From: Candidatus Kuenenia stuttgartensis
GTDB taxonomy: Bacteria > Planctomycetota > Brocadiia > Brocadiales > Brocadiaceae
NCBI RefSeq assembly: GCF_900232105.1
Contig: NZ_LT934425.1
Span: 660,001-692,000 of the forward strand
Reading direction: 5' to 3'
DNA: 32,000 nucleotides
The notes below the pieces were generated by a model, which saw nothing but the letters and a program-made list of their open reading frames with translations, did not search any database and had not been told where the DNA came from. Each line of letters begins with the position of its first letter. Positions within the stretch are counted from its first letter, which is position 1. The position numbers and the translations under genes were made by a program. Shown here piece after piece: positions 9,892 through 18,873 of the stretch.

Positions 9892-10592
9892 CTCCTGCTT
9901 TCAACAATGCGTACGACAATGAATAAAAGTAACGTCGAAAAACTAAAGTAATAGACTATATCTCTTGTATCCACAATCCCTTTAGTAAATGTTTCCCAGT
10001 GATCATACGTGCCGATATACCGTAAAGTACTATAAAGCCACCCTTCGTTTTCCGCACTTGCCAATCCAATTACCAGCAATATAAGTAACGCTACAATACC
10101 GGTAACCGCCGCAACAATTTGATTTTTTGTTACTGCAGAAACGAGCATACCGACAGAGACAAACAGCCCCCCCATTAACACCAATCCAATATAACTGGCA
10201 ATTATTGCACCATAATCGGGGGAACCCACCCATGCCAGAAAAATAATATAAAATGCCGTTGGAGCAATCATGATATTATATAATGCCCATGCTGCCAGGA
10301 ATTTTCCAAAAACCACTGCAAAATCGGTAATCGGTGCCGTCATGAGCGGTTCAACCGTCCCGGTTTTATTTTCCTCTGCCAGCAATCGCATCGTAATGAC
10401 GGGGGTGAGAATGGAGAGAATGAATTGTGTATATGCCAGGCTGTATCTCAATGTTGTTTCCTGCGTTATACCCAACATAATTGAGAAAAAATAACCCGAA
10501 AACACCATAAATACCGCGATAATAACGTAGGCGATTGGGGAAAGAAAATATGCATTGATTTCTCTTTCAAAGATAGTACCTGTGCTTGTCAT
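9882..10592 (-). CDS. ABC-2 type transporter permease (GldF-like)
   Basis: 236 aa with six predicted hydrophobic helices. Its start codon directly abuts the stop of the ATPase gene (10593). Confidence 0.8.
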   Translation of the reverse strand: MTSTGTIFEREINAYFLSPIAYVIIAVFMVFSGYFFSIMLGITQETTLRYSLAYTQFILSILTPVITMRLLAEENKTGTVEPLMTAPITDFAVVFGKFLAAWALYNIMIAPTAFYIIFLAWVGSPDYGAIIASYIGLVLMGGLFVSVGMLVSAVTKNQIVAAVTGIVALLILLVIGLASAENEGWLYSTLRYIGTYDHWETFTKGIVDTRDIVYYFSFSTLLLFIVVRIVESRRWR

Positions 10593-11537
10593 TTACAACA
10601 CCACCTCCTTTTCTTTCGTAGTAATCTGATGGAATATTTCTTCAAGTGTTATTGCATCTTGCCTCATATCCCTGATAATTCCATTATTTTTCACTATGCT
10701 TAAAAATACTTCTTCCCGAATATCGGAATCTCTTTCCGTTTCAATTGAATATTTATTAATTTCACCTTTGTCACGCCAAGTGATCTTTTTTACGCCTTTT
10801 ATAACTGATAAAGCATCCTTGACCTTTTCACCATTTCCACGCACTTCGAGTTCAATGAGGTTTCCGCCTTTGAGTTGGTCACCTAAATTTGACGGCGTAT
10901 CCATAGCAACGATCTTTCCCTTATTTATAATAATCACACGTCCGCAAATCATCTCTACTTCCGGAAGTATATGGGTAGATAGCAGGATGGTATGTTTTTC
11001 ACCCAATTCCCTGATAAGCTGCCTGACCTGCCTTATTTGATTTGGATCAAGCCCGATTGTCGGTTCGTCAAGAATAAGGATTTTAGGGTCATGTACCAGG
11101 GTATCTGCCAATCCTACCCTTTGCCGGTACCCCTTTGAAAGAGTGCCGATAATTTGTTTTTTTACATCCTGAATTCTACATTTTTCTATACATTCCGCAA
11201 TTTTTGTTTTACGTTCACGATATGGCACTTTTTTTAATTTCGCACGAAACGTAAGGTATTCGTTAACCCGCATTTCCGGGTACAGGGGTACATTTTCCGG
11301 CAAATACCCGATTAATTTACGCACGTTTATTGAATCCCGAAAAACATCGTATCCATCTACTACCGCAGTGCCTGAAGTCGCCGGCATATAACAGGTCAGG
11401 ATACGCATTGTAGTCGTTTTGCCTGCGCCATTTGGACCCAAAAGCCCTAATATTTCACCCTGATTCACCTCAAAAGAAATGTCATTAACCGCATAAACAT
11501 CTGCATACCGCTTCGCCAAATGTTCAACCTTTATCAT
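10593..11537 (-). CDS. ABC transporter ATP-binding protein
   Basis: Walker A GPNGAGKTT, signature LSKGYRQR, Walker B ILILDEPT, H-loop STH. The start is moved to ATG 11537 (MIKVEHL), which lies 8 nt downstream of a GAGGGGG SD. The tracked 11546 start is a GTG inside that SD region. Confidence 0.92.
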   Translation of the reverse strand: MIKVEHLAKRYADVYAVNDISFEVNQGEILGLLGPNGAGKTTTMRILTCYMPATSGTAVVDGYDVFRDSINVRKLIGYLPENVPLYPEMRVNEYLTFRAKLKKVPYRERKTKIAECIEKCRIQDVKKQIIGTLSKGYRQRVGLADTLVHDPKILILDEPTIGLDPNQIRQVRQLIRELGEKHTILLSTHILPEVEMICGRVIIINKGKIVAMDTPSNLGDQLKGGNLIELEVRGNGEKVKDALSVIKGVKKITWRDKGEINKYSIETERDSDIREEVFLSIVKNNGIIRDMRQDAITLEEIFHQITTKEKEVVL

Positions 11538-11988
11538 TATTCTCACCCCCTCATATTTATATCAAACAGCAGAAAACGTCCCGAAAAGTTACATACATTC
11601 ATGGCCAGTAATGTTTCGTTTAAATGTCTACATCATCATTATCATTGCCGCAACAACAAAGCAAGTTTCGCAATAGTAGATTTTGTTGTTTACAAATAGT
11701 TACCAACTGCTCATACAGTGGTTTTAATTAGGACAACCCGGCCATTGCTACATTGCCTGATTGGATTACAAAAAAAGGTTTTTGGCAATTTTGCCGTATA
11801 TTTTGGGTCAGCCTGGATGCGAGGCCGTGGATATGTTAAATCATTTTAGGTGGGCAGCACATTGCATTAAATCAAAAAAACTTTCGTTATCTGCTCTAAA
11901 ACCATTTCAGATAAACACAACTCACCAATTTAAAAAAATTTTTACACTGTTGGGTTAATTACCCTATAAGACAAAAAACATCATTCCC

Positions 11989-12189
11989 CTATTTTTTCTC
12001 TTCGTCATTTAACATTATTTTATTTTGCATTAATTCCGCAAAAGCAATTTCAACCGGGTCATCGATTTCCGTTTCAATATAGGGCTCCGCCTTTTTTGTT
12101 AGCTGCCTTGCCCTGCTAATAATTAGAGTTGTCAACCGTAACGGACCGCCTACTTGATTTATTAACGTGTCCAGACTTTTGTAATTCAT
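11989..12189 (-). CDS. rpoZ: DNA-directed RNA polymerase omega subunit
   Basis: 66 aa. LRLTTLIISRARQL followed by DPVEIAFAELMQNKI matches the conserved omega core (..RArQl... P..iAl.Ei..gki). Confidence 0.65.
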   Translation of the reverse strand: MNYKSLDTLINQVGGPLRLTTLIISRARQLTKKAEPYIETEIDDPVEIAFAELMQNKIMLNDEEKK

Positions 12190-12415
12190 AAAAACATCCT
12201 TAAAAAAGAATATGTTCCAGGATTTTCATAAAAATAAAAATTTTGAGAACTGTATGTATTTAAATAAGATACGGCGAGGGAGTAAATGTTATACTCAAAG
12301 TCTTTTTTGTCAAGAAAAAATAAGGCTTTTAAAAATATCTTGAGAAATAATGAACAACATAGTATATTTTGTCTCATTTATACCTTCTTCCTGATAATTA
12401 GCTGAGGGGACGACT

Positions 12416-13345
12416 ATGACAAAGATATACGATGACATCACTGCTACAATTGGCAACACGCCATTAGTCAGATTGAATAAAATATCAAAAGGGCTGGACT
12501 GCATTATCACTGCTAAGATGGAGTCTTTCAACCCCATGGCGAGTGTAAAAGACCGCATTGGAATCGCCATGATTGAGGCCGGCGAAAAGGCAGGATTGAT
12601 AAAAAAAGACACAGTTCTGATAGAACCTACCTCTGGCAATACAGGAATTGCCTTGGCTTTTGTAGCTGCCGCCAGAGATTATAAATTAATTTTAACAATG
12701 CCAGATACGATGAGCCTGGAACGCCGGGAGCTTTTGAAGGCTTTTGGGGCCGAAATTGTATTAACACCAGGATCGGAAGGTATGAAGGGGGCGATTAATA
12801 AAGCAGAAGAAATGCTTCAAAATATTCCCAATTCATTCATGCCGCAACAATTTAAAAATGATGCAAATCCGGAAATACACCGCAAAACGACTGCAGAAGA
12901 AATTTGGAATGATACCGATGGACAAATCGATATTTTTGTAGGTGGTGTTGGCACAGGGGGCACCATTACCGGGGTTGGCGAGGTCATTAAAAAAAGAAAA
13001 CCTTCATTAAAAGTAATCGCCGTGGAACCCTCAGGTTCTGCTGTACTTTCCGGTGGAAAACCGGGACCTCACAAAATACAGGGACTTGGTGCAGGCTTTG
13101 TACCTGAAATTCTTAATACAAAAATAATCGATGAAATTGTTAAGGTGGAAAACGAACAGGCGTTTGCCTTATCGCGCCAACTTGCACGTGATGAAGGAAT
13201 TTTAGTGGGTATTTCTTCAGGCGCCGCAGCGTATGCCGCACTGCAGGTCGCAGCAAGGCCTGAAAACAAAGGAAAGCTATTGGTGGTAGTATTCCCTGAC
13301 ACCGGCGAAAGATATCTATCCACCGTATTGTTTAAGGAACTTTAA
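12416..13345 (+). CDS. cysK: Cysteine synthase A (O-acetylserine sulfhydrylase)
   Basis: [12 protein letters not shown]-lysine context [47 protein letters not shown] upstream. Confidence 0.95.
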   Translation: MTKIYDDITATIGNTPLVRLNKISKGLDCIITAKMESFNPMASVKDRIGIAMIEAGEKAGLIKKDTVLIEPTSGNTGIALAFVAAARDYKLILTMPDTMSLERRELLKAFGAEIVLTPGSEGMKGAINKAEEMLQNIPNSFMPQQFKNDANPEIHRKTTAEEIWNDTDGQIDIFVGGVGTGGTITGVGEVIKKRKPSLKVIAVEPSGSAVLSGGKPGPHKIQGLGAGFVPEILNTKIIDEIVKVENEQAFALSRQLARDEGILVGISSGAAAYAALQVAARPENKGKLLVVVFPDTGERYLSTVLFKEL

Positions 13346-14082
13346 TGTTTGGCCGATTAAGAGAGGACATTGATGCCGTTTTCCAAAATGACCCCGCTGC
13401 AAAAAGCAAATTTGAAATAGTTTTCTGTTATCCCGGATTACATGCTTTATGGCTATTCAGGATATCTTCATTTTTCTGGAAGAAACAATGGTATTTCACC
13501 GCCCGTTTTCTTTCCCACATTAATCGTTTTTTAACAGGGATAGAAATCCATCCGGCCGCACAAATCGGACGAGGAGTTTTTATAGACCACGGCATGGGAG
13601 TCGTTATCGGAGAAACGGCAACGGTCGGCGATGGTTGTCTTATTTACAAGGGAGTAGTGCTTGGAGGGACATCTTTTGAAAAGACAAAGAGACATCCAAC
13701 GTTAGGAAAAAAGGTCATTGTAGGCTCAAATGCTTGTGTTTTAGGCAATATTTCCATAGGAGATAATGTACGCATAGGTTCCGGTTCGGTAGTAGTAAAA
13801 GACGTCCCCGCTAATGCTACGGTGGTAGGTGTACCCGGAAGAATTATCGAAAGAAGCAAAAACAAGGATCACGAGGTAATGTTAGACCATGGACAACTGC
13901 CCGATCCGATTGCAGAGGCCTTTAGAGCGCTAATTAAAGAAAACAATAAACTTCTAACGCGTATCAAAAAATTGGAGGAAAGTTTAAATATTGTAAGCAA
14001 TGACAATAGCCGGGAATCTAACACAGAATCAATAATCATGACAACATTTATGAAAAATTACCATAATGGCGAGGGGATCTAA
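13345..14082 (+). CDS. cysE: Serine O-acetyltransferase
   Basis: The start overlaps the cysK stop (TAATG). N-terminal SATase helical region (DPAAKSKFEIVFCYPGLHALWLFRI), left-handed beta-helix hexapeptide repeats (IHPAAQIGRGVFIDHGMGVVIGETATVGD...), and a C-terminal extension ending in GEGI. Confidence 0.93.
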   Translation: MFGRLREDIDAVFQNDPAAKSKFEIVFCYPGLHALWLFRISSFFWKKQWYFTARFLSHINRFLTGIEIHPAAQIGRGVFIDHGMGVVIGETATVGDGCLIYKGVVLGGTSFEKTKRHPTLGKKVIVGSNACVLGNISIGDNVRIGSGSVVVKDVPANATVVGVPGRIIERSKNKDHEVMLDHGQLPDPIAEAFRALIKENNKLLTRIKKLEESLNIVSNDNSRESNTESIIMTTFMKNYHNGEGI

Positions 14083-14158
14083 TATACACTTGTATTATTC
14101 TTTATGCAACCACTGCCGGAATATAGAACAGCATATCTCTTTTGAACCTTTCACCAGA

Positions 14159-14231
14159 GTAGGGGCGAAGCATTTGCCCCCTTGGGCATGAACGCATTTA
14201 TAACAATTTATAGCAAATGCTCCGCCCCTGC
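14159..14231. repeat. 73-bp palindromic element, copy 1 (16-bp stem GGGGCGAAGCATTTGC / GCAAATGCTcCGCCCC, conserved loop of about 36 nt)
   Basis: Near-identical to 23214-23286 in the same orientation. One stem mismatch in this copy. Confidence 0.85.
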
Positions 14232-14358
14232 ATTATGCAGCAAACACCGCTATTCTCTATTGTAGATGACATCAAAATATGTCTTATAATTTCGTTATTA
14301 CCGTTGTTAAGGGAAGCCGTCAGGATCCCGTTTTTTTTAAAAGGAGGAATTAACTATC

Positions 14359-15141
14359 ATGGGCTGGGGAATGAAGAATCGTTTGTCTCAACTGATTAAA
14401 CCAAATGGGCGCTGTATGTACTTGCCAATCGACCATGGTTATTTTCAGGGACCCACAACAAAGTTAGAGAAGCCAGGAGAAACCATTAAACCAATTCTAG
14501 AATATAGCGACGCCCTTTTCTGTACCAGAGGTGTATTGCGTGCCTGTATAGACCCTCAGCAAAGCAAGCCCATTATTTTAAGGATCTCTGGTGGCACCAG
14601 CATGGTGGGCAAAGATCTTGCCAACGAGGAAATCACCACATCAATGGAAGAGGCTCTCCGCCTTAATGTTTCAGGCGTCGGTCTTTCTGTATTTATTGGC
14701 AGCGATTATGAGAAGCAAACGTTATTAAATTTGGCAAAAGTTGTTAATGAAGCGGAAAGATACGGCATGCCGGTAATGGCAGTGACTGCGGTTGGAAAAG
14801 AGCTGGAAAAACGGGATGCGCGTTATCTTGCGCTGTGTTGCCGCATATGCGCCGAATTGGGTGCAAAGGTTGTAAAAACTTACTGGTGCGAAAATTTTGA
14901 TAAAGTCACGAGTGGTTGTCCCGTCCCGGTCGTCATGGCAGGAGGCCCAAAGGTAGGTTCTGACCGTGAGGTTTTTGAATTCGTTCATGATGGTATGCAA
15001 AAAGGCTCAATAGGTATAAATCTGGGCAGAAACATCTGGCAAAATGAACGCCCTGTTCCCATGATCAAGGCTTTACGGGCCATCGTTCATGAAAATGCCA
15101 GCGTGGATGAAGCTGACGCAATATTTAACAAAACCAAATAA
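14359..15141 (+). CDS. Class I aldolase of the DhnA/FbaB/LsrF/ADH-synthase family
   Basis: 260 aa. N-terminal LPIDHGYFQGP and internal VKTYW / GINLGRNIW segments are typical of this TIM-barrel Schiff-base aldolase family. AAGGAGG SD lies 12 nt upstream. Exact substrate cannot be called. Confidence 0.8.
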   Translation: MGWGMKNRLSQLIKPNGRCMYLPIDHGYFQGPTTKLEKPGETIKPILEYSDALFCTRGVLRACIDPQQSKPIILRISGGTSMVGKDLANEEITTSMEEALRLNVSGVGLSVFIGSDYEKQTLLNLAKVVNEAERYGMPVMAVTAVGKELEKRDARYLALCCRICAELGAKVVKTYWCENFDKVTSGCPVPVVMAGGPKVGSDREVFEFVHDGMQKGSIGINLGRNIWQNERPVPMIKALRAIVHENASVDEADAIFNKTK

Positions 15142-15178
15142 TAATAAGACATTTTAGGAGTCTGGTATTTTTTATTAT

Positions 15179-15208
15179 CCAGTCGGCAATCGGCAGATTG
15201 CCGACTGG
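15179..15208. terminator. Perfect 12-bp stem / 6-nt loop hairpin downstream of the aldolase gene (possible terminator or attenuator)
   Basis: CCAGTCGGCAAT-cggcag-ATTGCCGACTGG. A T-run precedes rather than follows it on the plus strand, so it is not a textbook intrinsic terminator. Confidence 0.35.
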
Positions 15209-15290
15209 ATACTGCGCACGGTAGCGCGCAAACCCACCATTTCACAATGTACATCCTGCGTTATAACGACCATAAGAAAAGGGGCATTAT

Positions 15291-16310
15291 ATGCGAGTAG
15301 CAATGTATTACAACAACAATGACGTCAGAATAGAAGAAATGCCAACTCCACAAATAGGGCCGGGCGAGTTATTGGTAAAAATATTCGCAAGCGGTATATG
15401 TGGCAGCGATGTAATGGAATGGTACCGCATTAAAAAGGCGCCTTTGGTTTTGGGTCACGAAATTGCAGGAGAAATAGTCGCCATTGGCGATGCCGTTAAA
15501 CAATTTAAAGTTGGCGACAGAGTTACCGTTGCACACCATGTTCCATGCAACACCTGCCATTATTGCCTGAATGGACATCATTCCGTGTGCGATACTTTAC
15601 GCACTACCAATTTTTATCCCGGTGGTTTTGCAGAATTTCTGCGTGTTCCACAAATCAATGTTGATCGCGGAACTTTTATTCTTCCCCAGGAGATGTCTTA
15701 TGATGAGGGAACCTTTGTAGAACCTTTGGCATGTTCAATTCGCGGACAACGACTGTCCAATTTTAAACCCGGACAAAGTCTGCTCGTTATCGGCAGCGGC
15801 ATATCGGGATTATTACATATTCAATTGGCGAGAGCGCTTGGCGCAGGCAAAATATTTGCAACGGACATAAACGAATATCGCCTGAAATTTGCAAAAAAAA
15901 TAGGGGCAGATATCGCAATTAACGCAAAAGAAGATGTGCCTTCCATTATCCGCAAAGATAATAATGGAAGATTGGCAGATTTGGCGATTGTGTGTACAGG
16001 AGCAATATCCGCAACAGAACAGGCCTTTCATTCCATAGAAAGGGGAGGGACTATCCTCTTTTTTGCACCAACGGAACCCGGGGTAAAAATCCCTATTGAC
16101 CTATGGAATCTTTGGCGTAATTGTAATTCTATTGTTATGTCCTATGCTGGCCCTCCTGCTGATATGGCGGTTGCAATTGAATTAATACGGACAGGTAGAA
16201 TTGCCGTAAATGATCTGATAACTCATAAACTACCGCTAAATGACGCTGCAAAGGGATTTAAACTGGTAGCCGACGCAAAGGAATCCGTGAAAGTAATTAT
16301 AGCGCCCTAA
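15291..16310 (+). CDS. Zinc-dependent medium-chain dehydrogenase/reductase (threonine/sorbitol dehydrogenase-like)
   Basis: Catalytic zinc motif GHEIAGEIVAIGDAV, structural zinc Cys cluster CNTCHYCLNGHHSVC, Rossmann motif VIGSGISG. Confidence 0.9.
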   Translation: MRVAMYYNNNDVRIEEMPTPQIGPGELLVKIFASGICGSDVMEWYRIKKAPLVLGHEIAGEIVAIGDAVKQFKVGDRVTVAHHVPCNTCHYCLNGHHSVCDTLRTTNFYPGGFAEFLRVPQINVDRGTFILPQEMSYDEGTFVEPLACSIRGQRLSNFKPGQSLLVIGSGISGLLHIQLARALGAGKIFATDINEYRLKFAKKIGADIAINAKEDVPSIIRKDNNGRLADLAIVCTGAISATEQAFHSIERGGTILFFAPTEPGVKIPIDLWNLWRNCNSIVMSYAGPPADMAVAIELIRTGRIAVNDLITHKLPLNDAAKGFKLVADAKESVKVIIAP

Positions 16311-16460
16311 AAGTAAACCAGTTTAAAATCGATAATCACCAGTAGGCAGTCGTACAAGATTACAGACTGGAGATTGAGTATTGAGTACCTCTGATCGCAC
16401 CATTAAAAATTTTGGAAAAACGTGCGAAGAAATAACTTTTACGGTACTAAGAAGGGATAA

Positions 16461-17549
16461 TTAATCAATAACCAGACTAATGCGCTTGTGCATTTGAGCA
16501 GTTTGCGAGAGACCGGAAACGTTTTCTTTTATATCCTGTTGATCAGGCTGTATGGATAATGACTTTTCCCACATTTTCCGCGCCTTTGCAGGATTATTCG
16601 TCACTTTGTAACAATTCCCCAGTAAATTATACAGCGGCACAGCTTCATCCCCGACTTTGTTCTCCGACCAAAGAGAATCAACAAAATCTGTCGCTTCCTT
16701 TGTTCTCACATACTCTTCTAAAATGTGAACCGCATCATCATATTTCTGTTGTTTATAATAAAGTCTTCCAAGGTTATAATATGCGTCTAAATATGCTGTA
16801 TCCAACCGGATTGCCATTACAAAAAATGATTCGGCCTGTTTATCAAAATCCGTTTTTAAGCAACACTCGCCAAGCAGATTATAGGCCTCTGCGTTATTCG
16901 TGTCTTCCAGCACCGCTTCCCTGAGATGGTGCATTGCCCGAGGATAATCTTCTTCTCCCTTGTATACAATGCCAAGCAAGTAATGCACCTCGTAATTGGC
17001 AATCTCTTTTTTCATAAAATAGAGCAAAATCCCCTTCGCTTTTGAAATTTCATTGCTTTTTATCAGCAGTTTTGAGATATTCACCGCGGCAGAAGTACTA
17101 TCCGGCTGCAATCTCAATGATTCGGCAAAAAACGCTTTAGCGTCCTCTTCATTACCGTTTTTAGCGCAACATATTCCCATAAGATTATACGTATCCGCAT
17201 CTTCCGGATTCGCCACTACAACCTCCTTAAAATGCGAAAGAGCCATACTGTATTCTTCCCGGTCCATATACAGAAAAGCAAGGTTATAATGAACGTCTAT
17301 TAAATCAAAATCAATGTGTAATGCTTGCCTGAAATTTTCAATTGCTTCGGAATAGTTATGGTTTCTTGTGTAATAAATACCGAGAAGATTAAAACCCTCT
17401 GCGTAATTGGGGTCTGCATCCACTGCTGCTTTTAGATATTTAAACGCCATACCCCAATCATCTTTTTCTATCAGGTCCTTCGCGCGCGAAACATTTATTT
17501 CAAAATCTGTATTGCCATTTAGAGCGCTGCTTTCTTCAACAATAAACAT
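16461..17549 (-). CDS. Tetratricopeptide (TPR) repeat protein
   Basis: 362 aa with repeated 34-aa A-x-x-[YF]-x-x-[AL]...P...A...LG units (AEGFNLLGIYY, ADTYNLMGICC, AEAYNLLGECC, and others). Last gene of the flagellar-strand cluster. Confidence 0.85.
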   Translation of the reverse strand: MFIVEESSALNGNTDFEINVSRAKDLIEKDDWGMAFKYLKAAVDADPNYAEGFNLLGIYYTRNHNYSEAIENFRQALHIDFDLIDVHYNLAFLYMDREEYSMALSHFKEVVVANPEDADTYNLMGICCAKNGNEEDAKAFFAESLRLQPDSTSAAVNISKLLIKSNEISKAKGILLYFMKKEIANYEVHYLLGIVYKGEEDYPRAMHHLREAVLEDTNNAEAYNLLGECCLKTDFDKQAESFFVMAIRLDTAYLDAYYNLGRLYYKQQKYDDAVHILEEYVRTKEATDFVDSLWSENKVGDEAVPLYNLLGNCYKVTNNPAKARKMWEKSLSIQPDQQDIKENVSGLSQTAQMHKRISLVID

Positions 17550-17627
17550 GGTTAGTTTCCTTTAAATTAAGAGATATTCCTGTAAAATACGCAAAATAAT
17601 TACCTCAAACTGTACCACAGTGCACAA

Positions 17628-17921
17628 TTAATCTGCGTCTTCAACTGCCTCCCTTTTTGCTATAAATTTTTCTTGAAAACGAAAATCCTCTCCAATATGC
17701 CTCCATTTTTGCGCAACTTTTACCAACTCATTTTTGGATACTTTTGAAGACTCTCTATTCTGGGATTGGATTTTTTCATAAACTTCTTCCCTGTGAATCT
17801 CAATGTCCTTTGGAGCGATAATTCCCAATTTCACCTGTCTTCCCTGAAATTCTAAAACGGTAATTTTTATCTCATCACCTATGGTTATGCTTTCTCCCAA
17901 CTTCCTTGTTAGTATAAGCAT
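17628..17921 (-). CDS. csrA: Carbon storage regulator CsrA (flagellar-type, paired with FliW), with a long C-terminal extension
   Basis: [51 protein letters not shown] is a near-consensus CsrA core. GAGGAG SD lies 7 nt upstream of the ATG at 17921. The tracked ORF start (18026) adds 35 non-homologous residues. Confidence 0.9.
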   Translation of the reverse strand: MLILTRKLGESITIGDEIKITVLEFQGRQVKLGIIAPKDIEIHREEVYEKIQSQNRESSKVSKNELVKVAQKWRHIGEDFRFQEKFIAKREAVEDAD

Positions 17922-18160
17922 CGCTTCTCCTCTATTGAAAGTGTATAAAAATAACGTACCGTGCAGTAAACGTATATCTCTTTCCCCAAGACCTTTTTGA
18001 AGAACAAAGAAAGAAACTGGCTGCAAATAATAGAATACTATTCGTATTAAACTGCCTGTAAGCGTCCGGGCAGAGGCGCATCATAGTAAAGCAATGCGTC
18101 TGCATCTCATAATAACATTTATTATGGTTGTGCACCCGAACAACGCAGGGGTATATTCAA

Positions 18161-18610
18161 TTAAGCATTTTTTTGCACAAGCGGATAATGTAATGCGTAA
18201 TAATCATCTGTTAATACGAATTGCTTCCCCTTGTTGTTTATCATATTTACAAGTATAGGCCCTTTCAGGTTTATGGTTACATTGGAAGCATCATCTCCAA
18301 TGTTTACTATACAAAATATTTCAACCTTTTCCTTGTTGCCCATCTCCAACGCTGAAACATCATCAATCTTTTTCAATGGGTCATAGTCGGTGAAAAGAGG
18401 AACCGGGTTTATGACGGGTAACGCAACAAGGGGGTTATCAACCGAAACCAACCATTCAAAAGGCCGGCAGTCAGGAAAATTAACAAGAATGAACTGTTTA
18501 AGCTCTTCGTACCCTACAATGCCGTCTTCAAACCTGATAATATCTTCTTTGTTATAACCTAACTCACCCAACTTTTCCGTTTTTAATGTCTCCATTTTCT
18601 TCTGCTCCAT
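18161..18610 (-). CDS. fliW: Flagellar assembly factor FliW
   Basis: 149 aa. IRFEDGIVGYEELKQFILV, FEWLVSVDNPLVALPVINP and NLKGPILVN are typical FliW segments. Located between flgL and csrA, as in many flagellar loci. Confidence 0.85.
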   Translation of the reverse strand: MEQKKMETLKTEKLGELGYNKEDIIRFEDGIVGYEELKQFILVNFPDCRPFEWLVSVDNPLVALPVINPVPLFTDYDPLKKIDDVSALEMGNKEKVEIFCIVNIGDDASNVTINLKGPILVNMINNKGKQFVLTDDYYALHYPLVQKNA

Positions 18611-18873
18611 TTTTGTTTTTACCTCCTATAAAAAATAAGGTTAAAGAGATTTATATGCTACGTGGCGGTTAATTAAGCAAACACAATACCATTTGTAAAC
18701 AAGTAAAATCAATAACCACACAAAGCCGCTTATGTAATTGTGAGAATAGGAGTTATAAAACTTTAAAATAACGATAGGCTCTGTAGCAACAAGGGATGAG
18801 ATTTTTTACTTTGGAGAGAGTACGGGCAATAACGTTGAAATTATTTACCCATGATGTTGATAATTTAGACAAT

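Noticed and set aside
11761-12639. Small ORFs 11761-11958 (+), 12186-12377 (-) and 12310-12639 (-) in the rpoZ/cysK intergenic areas.
   Set aside because: No SD or motifs. One overlaps the cysK 5' end antisense. The AT-rich regions are more plausibly promoters, for example TTGTCA-17-TAAAAA upstream of cysK.
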